Virus record (IMG/VR): IMGVR_UViG_3300038334_000149
Coordinates: 1 to 34,126 of that record
DNA: 34,126 nucleotides
Origin: a virus
Lineage: Duplodnaviria > Caudoviricetes
Direction: 5' to 3' (one strand)
This document shows positions 8,453 to 18,710 of the stretch, one piece after another (positions within the stretch are counted from its first letter, which is position 1; every line of letters begins with the position of its first letter). A program made the position numbers and the translations under genes. The notes beneath the pieces are model-generated. The model did no database searches, was not told the origin of the DNA, and saw only the letters and a program-made list of their open reading frames with translations.

Positions 8453-9330
8453 TGCAGTATTATGATCAGATTATGTTGGAGTATTACCGGGTCTTAAATA
8501 ATGCCTGGAAGACAGAAGTCAAAGATGCAGCTTACTTAGCTATCCAAATGCTGAGTGACATGCCAAGAAGTGAGAAAGTCAGCAAGACCCAGATAGACAA
8601 GCTGATGGATATCATCAATACTCAACTGGGAGATGACTTTGCTTCCCAAGTAAACGAACCCACCAAAGCCTACATAGACCGCTGTATCCGGCTCGGACTT
8701 AAGGATACGCAAGTCAGTGTCCCGGTCAAGGCATCCATCGGACTCTGGGGAATCGAGGACCAGCACCTATCGTCCACTATTCAGAAGCAGCAGATCTTCT
8801 GGCTCGGTAATCATTTTGATGCCGATATCCGTCAAAACTTCGCTGATGTGCTATCCAAAGCCATAGATCAGGGATATACTAAGGCAATGCTTGCAGAGAC
8901 CTTAAAACAGCAGTTTAGTGATATTGGAGAGAAGTCCCAAGCCTACTGGCAGGGATTGGCAGAGCATACAGCTCTCCGGATACGTGAGTTTGGTAGATTG
9001 CAGGGATATAAGAAAGCGCATGCTAAGTATTATAAGCTCGTAGTCATCCTCGATGACCGCACTAGCGACATCTGCCGGGCATTGGCAGCTCAAGATAAGG
9101 TCTATCCCTTAAACGATGCCACTGAGGTGATGGATAACCTGATGGCTCTGGATACCAAGTCAAACAGCCTGGATGATGCCAGAAACTATATCAAAGCACT
9201 CGCACCATGGGTAAGCAATGATCAGATAGTCTATAATAGCAGTGATGAGCCTATTGGTGTCTCCGGAGCGCATACTCCTTTCCCACCCTTTCATTGGAAA
9301 TGTAGGACAACGACAATGCTACTCAGCTAA
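8452..9330 (+). CDS. Head morphogenesis protein, MuF/SPP1 gp7 family
   Basis: LDDRTSDIC and PPFHWKCRT motifs. Confidence 0.88.
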   Translation: MQYYDQIMLEYYRVLNNAWKTEVKDAAYLAIQMLSDMPRSEKVSKTQIDKLMDIINTQLGDDFASQVNEPTKAYIDRCIRLGLKDTQVSVPVKASIGLWGIEDQHLSSTIQKQQIFWLGNHFDADIRQNFADVLSKAIDQGYTKAMLAETLKQQFSDIGEKSQAYWQGLAEHTALRIREFGRLQGYKKAHAKYYKLVVILDDRTSDICRALAAQDKVYPLNDATEVMDNLMALDTKSNSLDDARNYIKALAPWVSNDQIVYNSSDEPIGVSGAHTPFPPFHWKCRTTTMLLS

Positions 9331-11544
9331 CTCATTATCTACTGGCTCACACATCATCATGTTATAATGAGCTTCGTGACCCTCATTGATGAAGATTAAC
9401 TTGAAGACATCTTTGTATAAAGCAATGCCATCATCATTAACTGTATAAAAAGCATCGTCAAAAACATTATGTGATCCAGCGTGTAACCAAGCGAACAAAG
9501 ATTCGCAAATAGGCTTTCTTGTTCCATCAAATTTATTGCAGATTAGATCGAAATCGATATCACCTAATAAGGTAAAATATGACTCGAGTATTCGTCTCAT
9601 TACATTTGGTAAAATTTGAGAGTTATTCTCATTATGACTATACTCTGCCCACAATAATTGATACGAGCTTTTTATTGGATTTTTAGGATATTTTTTTACT
9701 ATAGAACCTGAAGCAGTTCTTTTTACAATCCAATAGGTGATATCATTACAAGATATTCGATCGCTTTTTTTGCAAAATGAGACTTGCTTATAGAAATATA
9801 CATTATGTGTTAGGACAAAGACCTGTTTTATATTGCAATTAGCCCTTTTTACATCGTTAATAACCTGCCTTATAAGGCTACTCACTACAAACAATACATC
9901 ATTATCAAGACTTGATACTGGGTCATCAAAAACAACTATGCGATCTCCCGCAAAGTCGGCATCGGATAAACTCCCTTTAATAACACAATAAAAGTACAAA
10001 AAAGTAACAAAAGAAATTTCACCCTCACTGAGAGTTGTTTTAGCATCAGTATTATCAGACCTTATGATTTTGTAGAAATCACCCGTTTCAGTTTTATCCA
10101 GCTTAAAACCTGAGAATCCAAAATTTTGTAAAATGCCATTTATCTCATCAATGGTTGGCTGAATGCTAATCGTTTGCTTTGTTAGTGCTTGAATCTCTTT
10201 AGATTTCGTCTCTATATTTGATTCTGTTTCCGTAATCTTACCGTTCAAGCCACTTATTCCTTTTCCAAGAGTATCTTTTTCTTTGAGATAGTCTTTAATT
10301 ATATCCTTAAGCTCTTCAGCTACTATGTACTTCCAGACTTTTTGAGTTGTTGATAATCTCTCTGTCTTGATATTTGATATTAACTGATTATGTTCATTAA
10401 TTTTTGCGTTAGTTTCATTAATTATGCTTGCAATTTCGGACTGAATTACGTCTAAAGGTGCTAAAGTTATAGATCTACTTGGTTCAGTTTTTTTCTCTTC
10501 AATAAGCTTCAGGTTGGAAGACAGTTTCAACTCTAAAATACTAAGAGAATTTTTCAATTTCTCTACAACAAGAAACTGAGATGGGTTTTCAGTGAGGTTA
10601 TTTATCTCTCGAATGACACTGGTTGATAATGATGAATAGTCATCGTACAGCTTTCCAATCTCGTTTATGTCTTTCTGATATGTTGTATCAAAATATTCGG
10701 AAAGACTCTTTGATAAAGCCTCTGTGGTATGCTGCTGGCAAAATGGACATATTCTTTCTTGATCGTCATAATACTTCAAACCTTCTTTAACCCAATCGCT
10801 CGAGTTCAGCTTTTCGATTAGTTTTGCAATATCAACATCACTTTTCCCGATTACCCTTTTTGTTAGTATTTCACTTTCATTCTGATCGTTTATATGGTCA
10901 AAATTTATATTGGGTATTACTATCTCTGGAGTAAGAGTATCACGAAATATGGATAAACATTTTACTTGTAATTCCTCATATGCTCCTATCGGCACATTGT
11001 TATGAAACCAATTTTCAAGGACATAGCTTTTAAATTTTTCTGCACTGCTTCTATATCCTTCTAATGCCCCCTTAAAAGCGACGTCATGTTTTCTTTTTTG
11101 ATCCCAGCACTTATCTGTGAATCTCGTCTCAAGAGACAGCAAATCCTGGTTCTTACCTCCTGAACCATCGTCACCCTCAAGACAAATTTTGTACTTTCTA
11201 AGTCGTTCTATTAGCTTTCCCTTTTCACCTTCAAGAGCTTGAATTTTGTTATAGGTTTCGATAGTATCATTTCCCAACGTGAATACACCTTTGATGCCAT
11301 CTACATGATTAAAATTTGCTTCAACAAAATCCTTATTGTACACGAGAGGATGTAACTGAATGCTATTTGCCCAATGTAACTCACAATCTGTAAAATTGCT
11401 AATGTTTTGAATAATCCTACTTATGGTAGTTTTACCAGACCCATTTGCACCATAGAAGTAGTTAAACTTAGATAACTCATCCAATTGAACAGTATCTTCA
11501 CCATAACTTGCAGTATTTTGAATTGTGATTTTTGTAATCATCAA
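9319..11544 (-). CDS. rloC: RloC-like AAA_13 protein (Rad50-like ABC ATPase with zinc hook plus HEPN anticodon nuclease)
   Basis: Walker A GANGSGKTT, coiled coil with CPFC hook, signature LSEGE, Walker B/D-loop VFDDPVSSLD, LTHN, C-terminal NVMRRILESYF and WLHAGSH. Confidence 0.85.
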   Translation of the reverse strand: MMITKITIQNTASYGEDTVQLDELSKFNYFYGANGSGKTTISRIIQNISNFTDCELHWANSIQLHPLVYNKDFVEANFNHVDGIKGVFTLGNDTIETYNKIQALEGEKGKLIERLRKYKICLEGDDGSGGKNQDLLSLETRFTDKCWDQKRKHDVAFKGALEGYRSSAEKFKSYVLENWFHNNVPIGAYEELQVKCLSIFRDTLTPEIVIPNINFDHINDQNESEILTKRVIGKSDVDIAKLIEKLNSSDWVKEGLKYYDDQERICPFCQQHTTEALSKSLSEYFDTTYQKDINEIGKLYDDYSSLSTSVIREINNLTENPSQFLVVEKLKNSLSILELKLSSNLKLIEEKKTEPSRSITLAPLDVIQSEIASIINETNAKINEHNQLISNIKTERLSTTQKVWKYIVAEELKDIIKDYLKEKDTLGKGISGLNGKITETESNIETKSKEIQALTKQTISIQPTIDEINGILQNFGFSGFKLDKTETGDFYKIIRSDNTDAKTTLSEGEISFVTFLYFYCVIKGSLSDADFAGDRIVVFDDPVSSLDNDVLFVVSSLIRQVINDVKRANCNIKQVFVLTHNVYFYKQVSFCKKSDRISCNDITYWIVKRTASGSIVKKYPKNPIKSSYQLLWAEYSHNENNSQILPNVMRRILESYFTLLGDIDFDLICNKFDGTRKPICESLFAWLHAGSHNVFDDAFYTVNDDGIALYKDVFKLIFINEGHEAHYNMMMCEPVDNELAE

Positions 11545-11618
11545 ATCTCCAAGGTTAATTTACTCATCCTAAAGTAAATAATGATAATTCCCAAGTTTAA
11601 ATTCACATTGGGATTACA

Positions 11619-12104
11619 TCAGTTATTGTAATCCAAATTTTCTACTGGTTTATCCAGCCCATCAAGAAGCTTGGAAACCTGTCCATTAGTACATGCATGT
11701 CCTATGACAATTTTGTCTGCCATTTCAATTATCAGTTTGTTACGGATAAAGCAAGTCTGTGGAGTAACTACTTGGACGCTGTCATCAAAGGGACTGACGA
11801 TAAGCAGATTTCCTTTATCCAATCGAGTTTTAATCTCTGGCTGCCATCTACTGTAAAAACCACGGGCCAGGACGATAACTAAGGGTTGTGTGCCCTTCAG
11901 AAGAAAGTGCAGCACGTCCTTTTCTATCTTGCTATGAAATCCACCAATAACACAATTGCCAGCGTTAGCTTGAAAAATTGCCCAATCATAAGACCGTAAA
12001 ACGCAGGTGGCAGATATCTTGCGACTGCAAAGAAATCCAGTTTTTTGTAAAGACAGTAGAGAGTTATTCCCCATCAATTTGAATTTTGTCATTGTCTCCA
12101 TCAT
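11619..12104 (-). CDS. Short DprA/SMF-like (SLOG, Rossmann-fold) protein
   Basis: GFLCSR, CVIGGFHSKIEK, VIVLARG, LLIVSPF, FIRNKLII match the DprA core pattern; no SAM or C-terminal domain. Start may be 12092. Confidence 0.7.
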   Translation of the reverse strand: MMETMTKFKLMGNNSLLSLQKTGFLCSRKISATCVLRSYDWAIFQANAGNCVIGGFHSKIEKDVLHFLLKGTQPLVIVLARGFYSRWQPEIKTRLDKGNLLIVSPFDDSVQVVTPQTCFIRNKLIIEMADKIVIGHACTNGQVSKLLDGLDKPVENLDYNN

Positions 12105-15100
12105 TTACAATACTGCCCATGCGGTATTTGATATCATAGTTGATAATGTAGTCTAAATCTAGTGTGTTCATTCCGTAAATGTACATTAAATCGTGATCAA
12201 TTAAATCTATAATAGATTTAGATGCCTTGGGGTAGAACTCTTCTTGTTGACATAGTCCTGTTTTCTCTTGTTTTTCTATTAGACTCATGTTCTCGTAGAG
12301 GCTTTCTTCCAATAATCGAACTAATTTATCAAGTCTATCAATACTATAATCATCGGGAATGGTAATAAATCCTAATTCTTTAAGTGTCACATGATAAAGG
12401 TCACTAATTGAAGAGTAGACCAAGTAAAACAGACTACTATTTAATATTGCACAAACTAGTACCTTTTCTTTAGTAGAGCTTAGCATTATAACTCTATCAC
12501 GTGAAATATTCGGATTTTTAAGGTAGGTTGATGCATGCAACCAGTAACCTGCACTATTACTATAATAGACGCGATGATCTGACACCTTCAACCCAGTAAT
12601 CCTATTCTTGTATGATGATATCTTCTTTAAAATGCGCTTATAGTTATGGTCACCATAACGAGAATAGATTGTTGATTCGTCTTGTTCGATGTATGATATC
12701 GAATAGAATAAGCTCCAACGCTCAATCGAGGACCAACGCATATGCTTTGTTCCCCAACTACTATTACAATTTAGCATTCGTTGTGATACGATAATTGCGA
12801 GATTTTGTTGAGCACCTGAGAATAGAGTAGCCGGACGGTTTCCGTAAAATGAAATCCAACTGGAACTATTTTTAATGATAGCATCCTTAAGTGATTCCAT
12901 TCTCGAAGTACAAAGTGCACTTGCAGGAATAATCAAAGCTATTCTGCCTATATTATTAAGTAGCATGATTGATTTTTCATAAACAAATGCATACAGATTC
13001 CCACACTTCTCAGTACGATAACCAATGACTTGATATTGAAACTTTGCCTTGTTGTATTCAACATAGGGAGGATTTCCTATAATAACATTAAAACCATCAT
13101 TATCGTGGATTATCTCATAGAATTCAGCAAACCAATGGAATGGCTGATATAATTCTATCCACCTGCTATAGGATAATGTGTTTGAATGTTGATATAGCAT
13201 ACTATCTAAATGAGCGGTTAGTTCTTTCAGATTTGCGATCAGCTCTGACTTAGCTATTATGAAGTTATTATAATCTTGATAACCTTCAAGTTGAATTTCT
13301 TTGTATCGGATAAACGCTAAAGCCACTTTTTGACACATCACTGGAATTGTTTCCTTGTTCTCAGCAGCAGATATTGCGTCACTATCAATGTCTTTTTCAA
13401 TCTCTTCCCAATTAGCATAGCCGACCAAGGTATTCCCACATCGAATATTAAAGTCGATATCTGGTAGAGGTTCCAGCCCATAATTCTTATGTTTATAATC
13501 CGGATCGACACAAGCAACGAGCTTAAGGAATAATCTTAACTTGGCAATTTCCACAGCTTCGTTCATTATATCTACTCCATAAAGATTATTCAAGATAATA
13601 CTCTTATAGATGAAGTACTCCAGATTAGGGTGAGATGGACTATCGACAATATCAAGTTCCTTTTTCATGTGGCTGGTGCTATGCCCTGGATGGTCTGCTA
13701 CAAAGTCCCTCATTCGGCTAATACAGGCTTCGTAGAGGTCTTCCAGGATATTCATAGCAGCAAAGAGAAAAGCTCCTGAGCCACAGGTGGGATCAAGAAC
13801 GGTTATGGATTTGAGAGCATTATAGAATTGGAAGACTAACTTTTGATCTTCCGTTTCATTGATAAGGTCAAGGGCAAATTGACGGATATCAAGGTTGTGG
13901 GTGATAAAGTCGTTTATCTGAGCGATATCACCGCTTGTTATATGCTGTTTCACCTCAATATAACGCTGTCTTCGGGCAATCACTTCTCGCCAGATTTCTG
14001 TCGGCAAGGCAGCATCAGAAGGCGCAGGCTGGTTCCAGCATCGACGTAACCCTACCAGATTATCCTGTTCTGGATCAAGTCCAGATTTGATGTCGTCAGG
14101 TAGGTCTTGCCATAAATTATCGGGGTTTATCCCATACTTTACAGCATTATAGATGTACTGATCCTCACTTGACTTGATCTTTTGCCAGATTTCCCCATCC
14201 GATTTGAAAGCATCAGGATATTTACGCTGTACTTCATCAAAGAGATAAGGCAGGATAGTGTTTTTGCCAATGTAATCTGTGATATCTTCTTTGGTATAAT
14301 AAGCTCCCATCTGAGCCCTGTCGTTTATGTACTTTTCAAAGATGTAGCCAATTACATCAGGATTAACGTCTCTGCCTGAAGCTGTTTCACTTATATCAAG
14401 GTGCCAATTAAATTCATCAAAAAAATTGAAGAGAGACTCGAAAGCATCATCAGTAATATTGATCTGTCCCTCATACTTTGTTTCCAGTTCATGTTTAGAG
14501 AATATACCCCCGTTTAGATAGGGGATTTTACCAAATTCGGATGATAAGCTTTCTCGATCAGGTGAGCCGAGTCCCTCATGAAAAAGCTGAAGCAGAAAGT
14601 TACGGTAAAATGAATAGAATTGGTCTCTACCATGCACCAATTGACCATCTTGAAGTTTGTTCATAAGATAATGTATATTATTATCCAGGAATCTACGTTT
14701 TTGGATGAAATAGCAGAACATAAGGCGATTGAGCATTACCGAGGCATACCAATTACGATCAATCTCTTCTGTAATTCCAGTCATAAAGGACAGAAACTCT
14801 GTATGTTGTTTTTTGAAACCTTTGTAAAAATCCTTCGTTACTTTTTCGGAGTTCTGGTCGACTGTCGTATTCAACCGCTTGGTTACATCGACCAAAGTAA
14901 TATTCTCATGCTCATCTATGTTAAAAACTAAGCCTGCAGTTCGTTGATAAAGCAATTGGGGATCCTGTGATATGTAGTATTCTGTTATGATGGTTTTCAG
15001 GGGTTTTCCCATAGGCTTATATGCATATTGCCAGACTTGCTTTTGCATTGTTTCATCGACAAAAATTAGCATATGCTCATAGTACCTGCGCTTGACAATT

Positions 15101-15324
15101 GATTGAATTCGCAACCTATCATTCTTGGGCGGAATGCTTGATCCTAATGGAGAAGAGCATTGTAAAAAACGAAACCCGCTTTTTTCACAGATAACGCTGA
15201 TATTGTAGGTAGTCCCTTTTAGGTCTGTTTCAAACGATCCGGAAGCATTATCCCATCCCATTTGGTTGAATAAATCTTTGAACTTGAATTCTCTGACTAG
15301 TTTTGTAAATGTGTTTTTATCCAT
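12064..15324 (-). CDS. Large N6-adenine DNA methyltransferase (Eco57I/gamma-class-like) with C-terminal target recognition region
   Basis: IPYLNGGIF, GAYYT, motif I VLDPTCGSGAF, LYGVDI, motif IV IIGNPPY. Confidence 0.9.
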   Translation of the reverse strand: MDKNTFTKLVREFKFKDLFNQMGWDNASGSFETDLKGTTYNISVICEKSGFRFLQCSSPLGSSIPPKNDRLRIQSIVKRRYYEHMLIFVDETMQKQVWQYAYKPMGKPLKTIITEYYISQDPQLLYQRTAGLVFNIDEHENITLVDVTKRLNTTVDQNSEKVTKDFYKGFKKQHTEFLSFMTGITEEIDRNWYASVMLNRLMFCYFIQKRRFLDNNIHYLMNKLQDGQLVHGRDQFYSFYRNFLLQLFHEGLGSPDRESLSSEFGKIPYLNGGIFSKHELETKYEGQINITDDAFESLFNFFDEFNWHLDISETASGRDVNPDVIGYIFEKYINDRAQMGAYYTKEDITDYIGKNTILPYLFDEVQRKYPDAFKSDGEIWQKIKSSEDQYIYNAVKYGINPDNLWQDLPDDIKSGLDPEQDNLVGLRRCWNQPAPSDAALPTEIWREVIARRQRYIEVKQHITSGDIAQINDFITHNLDIRQFALDLINETEDQKLVFQFYNALKSITVLDPTCGSGAFLFAAMNILEDLYEACISRMRDFVADHPGHSTSHMKKELDIVDSPSHPNLEYFIYKSIILNNLYGVDIMNEAVEIAKLRLFLKLVACVDPDYKHKNYGLEPLPDIDFNIRCGNTLVGYANWEEIEKDIDSDAISAAENKETIPVMCQKVALAFIRYKEIQLEGYQDYNNFIIAKSELIANLKELTAHLDSMLYQHSNTLSYSRWIELYQPFHWFAEFYEIIHDNDGFNVIIGNPPYVEYNKAKFQYQVIGYRTEKCGNLYAFVYEKSIMLLNNIGRIALIIPASALCTSRMESLKDAIIKNSSSWISFYGNRPATLFSGAQQNLAIIVSQRMLNCNSSWGTKHMRWSSIERWSLFYSISYIEQDESTIYSRYGDHNYKRILKKISSYKNRITGLKVSDHRVYYSNSAGYWLHASTYLKNPNISRDRVIMLSSTKEKVLVCAILNSSLFYLVYSSISDLYHVTLKELGFITIPDDYSIDRLDKLVRLLEESLYENMSLIEKQEKTGLCQQEEFYPKASKSIIDLIDHDLMYIYGMNTLDLDYIINYDIKYRMGSIVNDGDNDKIQIDGE

Positions 15325-18300
15325 TAATTCCTCTTATCAATTAAGCCCATAGAGCAGATAATTTGCGGCTCATCATTATAATTACCGTCATCAGGATCAG
15401 TGCAAAGTTTATTCTCTTCCCAAAGCGATTCTACAAGCTTTACCAAAGCATCTATCGGCTCTTTGGTTTTGAAGTAACGGCTGATAATGTTTTTAGCATC
15501 TTCTTTAAGGGGATAACGGTATATGGCTTCTACAGCTTTTTTAAGAGCTGTTGATACAAATATGGTGCCATCATTCTCTTTGATGAACTCATCCAGCTTG
15601 GTGTAAAGCTGCCGCTTGATACTGCTTTTTCTGCCTAAGCTGCCGGATGTATCACGCTCCGAAGTGTTGATAATAGCAATTCCCTTACCGACCAGTTCAT
15701 GATGAATCTCCAATTTTGGCAAGGATTTAGTATCAGGCTCGCAAGCTGTCACCTCAAGTATTCTTTTTTGTGATTGTGAGATCATGTTTCCCATAGTATC
15801 CACCCATGCCAGGATGTCATTATCATGAACAGTTCTGGCATAAATTATAACTCCGCCAGGCTCACCGTTAGATTCCATAGAGGAATAAACGATGTTAGGA
15901 AGCTCAGGTATCAGACGCTCCAGGTTTTTGTCTTTATCGATGGCATTTTTCCAAATCTGATAAGCATAAGACCCTAAATCTATTTCTGCATCTTGTTCAT
16001 CATCCAGAATCCCGGCTTTTTCGTTGTAGAGATTAACAATACTTGTGGGATCTCCAGCAAAGAAAACTTCATCAGAGCCAAAGACTTCGGCATTCTGACT
16101 AATGCGTTTACCAAGCCGGGCTCGAACATTGATAATCTTCTCAATTCCCTTTTCAGGTAAGACATTGTAGCAAAGGATTTCTTTGGCATTTTGACCTATC
16201 CGGTCTATACGCCCCGCTCGTTGGATTAAACGTATAATTGCCCAAGGCAGATCATAATTTAGCATGATATGACAGTCCTGAAGATTTTGACCTTCACTCA
16301 GCACATCAGTTGCTATCAGAACTCTGATATCCTTTGTAGACTGATGTAAGTTATGGCTTATAGGGCTGAACTGCCTTGCAATCTCAGTGGGGTTATCTGA
16401 AGCTCCTGTTGCCACTGCTAAATGAGATACACTCATTTTGCTGAGTTGCTGGTAAAGGTAGTATGCAGTATCAGCAAATTGTGTAAATATTAATATCTTG
16501 TCGTGAGCATGGATTTCCATAATGAGCTTGTATAAAGCTTGTATCTGACGATCTTGCTGGGGTTCCCAGCTGTAATTCGCAGTGACTATCTTCAACAGTT
16601 TGTCAGTATCGTCCTGGAGTGCCTTCAATAGTCTTTTTGAGAATAACTTACTATCTATCCAAACAAATCTTTTTCTAATGTTTGGTTGCATAAAGTACTC
16701 ATACGATTCCATCGCTCTTTTAATATAGAGGCTTGTATCGTGACTGAATTCAATGGCTGATACCTGATCTGAATCATCTTCAAAATCGTCAGTATCGTCC
16801 AGATCGAGAAATGAACTTACCATGTCCGTGTAATTCTTACCGATAGGAAGATCTAGTTCATTTTCTATGGCGTGTATAAAAATGAAGTTTCGCTGGATGT
16901 GACGGCATAAGGAGAGCAAGTAGGAATAACCACTGCTTTCCAATCGTTTAAAGAGATTCGTGCGACAAAACCCAATCAACCGTTTCCCTGCTCTGGACAA
17001 ATCCTCTACAATTTTCTGTTCAGCAGCACTTAAATGCTTACATTTCGATTCATCTACATATCCTGCAAGCCCATACCGTGGAAGACTCAGAGATCCGATC
17101 AGATCTACTTGCTCTTCATTATAGAGCCGCGTATATTGATCTTGCTGACCCTCTATTGGTAATTCGTAGCCAAGCTTCTTGGGTGTTCTAACTGGGAAAT
17201 AGGACTTCTTACCATCTGGGAACTCGAGATACAGCTCATTATTATCATCTGGGATAGCATAGTTTTCTTTGATGAAAGTACGCGTCCTGCGAATCATATA
17301 GAGCCTGATTAGTTCTCTCCAGTCATCGGGGAACTCGCTTTTTTCAAATGCCCTGATACTTCGAATAGGCGTATCCGGGTGCTTCATGGCATATTGGTGG
17401 TAACCTTTAATGCTCTCGATATAACGTTCAGGGCTAATCCCTAAATCCTGATCATCGGGGATAAACAGCCTAAGTTGATTTGATAAGTCCTTGTAATCCT
17501 TATTGTATGGAGTAGCTGATAAGAGTATTACTTTGCTTTCATTTTCACTGAGATATGTCCTTATAGCTTTATAGCGCTCTCCCTTATGATTTCTTAGGTT
17601 ATGGCTTTCATCTATAATTACCAATCGGAAACGTTTTTTATCTTTTAGATTTTTCTGAACAGCACTCATGGATATGACTTCTGCTTTCAAATCATACTCG
17701 TCAATATAAGAATTCCACATTTCTATGAGGTTTGCTGGACAGATGATCAGAGTAGAATAGTAATAATCCTCTTCAAAAATCTTAGCTACAGCACAAGCAG
17801 TAAAGGTCTTTCCAAGTCCTACAACATCGCCAATGAATACCCCATTGCGATTGTACAGCTTTTTAGCTGCGATTAACACTGCAGCTTGCTGGAAAGCAAA
17901 GAGCTTGTTTTTGAATACCTTGGGTATTTTAAACTCATTTAATCCAGCTCTGGCTTCCTGAGAAAGATGATAAACCATCTTGAGGTAAATATGATATGGA
18001 GGAATGGTAGTCTCACGAGCCCAACTATTATCAATGATTTCAGCAAGTTCTGCAGAGATATCAATACAGTATTGATCAGCCCATCTCTCCTCAAACCAGC
18101 TCTGGAGTTTCTTGCATGCGTCATAATCCAGAACATCGACATTCAATTCACCTTGCCGTTCCAAACCAGACATAGTAAGATTGCTGCTACCAACTACCCC
18201 AACAATCGGTGCATTATTATCCTCTTTATGCATAAGGTATAGCTTGGCATGCAGAGGGAAGGACAGATGCAACTTAACAATCACTTTCTTTGATTTGATT

Positions 18301-18665
18301 TGAGCAGAAAGCTCACGTAATGCAGCTTCATCTCTATTTGTGGGAATCCCGATCACAAGCTGTTCTTTAAATTGTTCAGCACACTTTTTTCTCAGATTCG
18401 AAGCGGTCTTTATATCCATCCTGATGCCATCTTCATCAGATCTGAATGCAGCTTTGAGTTCTTCAATAGGTAATCTTTGCATGCCAACTAGAACTCTGGC
18501 GCATGCTCCATCCCAGCCATTCCATTTCTCAACATTGTGGTCTATGCTTGCCCATCCTCGGAGATTGAAAAATCCAACACAGAAATCAGCTCTATATGAG
18601 TGTTCCAGTGTATCCTGAAGATAGGTTAATAATGATTCATTGATATTGTCAAAAATCCTAGGCAT
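15324..18665 (-). CDS. PLD-family nuclease fused to SNF2-type SF2 helicase
   Basis: PLD motifs LHAKLY, GSSNLT, ELN; helicase motifs DVVGLGKT, IIDESHN, LSATP, SEGQNLQD, QRAGRIDRIG. Confidence 0.9.
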   Translation of the reverse strand: MPRIFDNINESLLTYLQDTLEHSYRADFCVGFFNLRGWASIDHNVEKWNGWDGACARVLVGMQRLPIEELKAAFRSDEDGIRMDIKTASNLRKKCAEQFKEQLVIGIPTNRDEAALRELSAQIKSKKVIVKLHLSFPLHAKLYLMHKEDNNAPIVGVVGSSNLTMSGLERQGELNVDVLDYDACKKLQSWFEERWADQYCIDISAELAEIIDNSWARETTIPPYHIYLKMVYHLSQEARAGLNEFKIPKVFKNKLFAFQQAAVLIAAKKLYNRNGVFIGDVVGLGKTFTACAVAKIFEEDYYYSTLIICPANLIEMWNSYIDEYDLKAEVISMSAVQKNLKDKKRFRLVIIDESHNLRNHKGERYKAIRTYLSENESKVILLSATPYNKDYKDLSNQLRLFIPDDQDLGISPERYIESIKGYHQYAMKHPDTPIRSIRAFEKSEFPDDWRELIRLYMIRRTRTFIKENYAIPDDNNELYLEFPDGKKSYFPVRTPKKLGYELPIEGQQDQYTRLYNEEQVDLIGSLSLPRYGLAGYVDESKCKHLSAAEQKIVEDLSRAGKRLIGFCRTNLFKRLESSGYSYLLSLCRHIQRNFIFIHAIENELDLPIGKNYTDMVSSFLDLDDTDDFEDDSDQVSAIEFSHDTSLYIKRAMESYEYFMQPNIRKRFVWIDSKLFSKRLLKALQDDTDKLLKIVTANYSWEPQQDRQIQALYKLIMEIHAHDKILIFTQFADTAYYLYQQLSKMSVSHLAVATGASDNPTEIARQFSPISHNLHQSTKDIRVLIATDVLSEGQNLQDCHIMLNYDLPWAIIRLIQRAGRIDRIGQNAKEILCYNVLPEKGIEKIINVRARLGKRISQNAEVFGSDEVFFAGDPTSIVNLYNEKAGILDDEQDAEIDLGSYAYQIWKNAIDKDKNLERLIPELPNIVYSSMESNGEPGGVIIYARTVHDNDILAWVDTMGNMISQSQKRILEVTACEPDTKSLPKLEIHHELVGKGIAIINTSERDTSGSLGRKSSIKRQLYTKLDEFIKENDGTIFVSTALKKAVEAIYRYPLKEDAKNIISRYFKTKEPIDALVKLVESLWEENKLCTDPDDGNYNDEPQIICSMGLIDKRN

Positions 18666-18710
18666 TAACTCTCCTTAAACACAATTTGTTAAAGATGGGC
18701 AATATCTAAG

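Noticed and set aside
9319-18665. Complete DISARM, BREX or type I RM system
   Set aside because: No DrmA/DrmB (DUF1998), PglZ/BrxC or HsdS genes visible.
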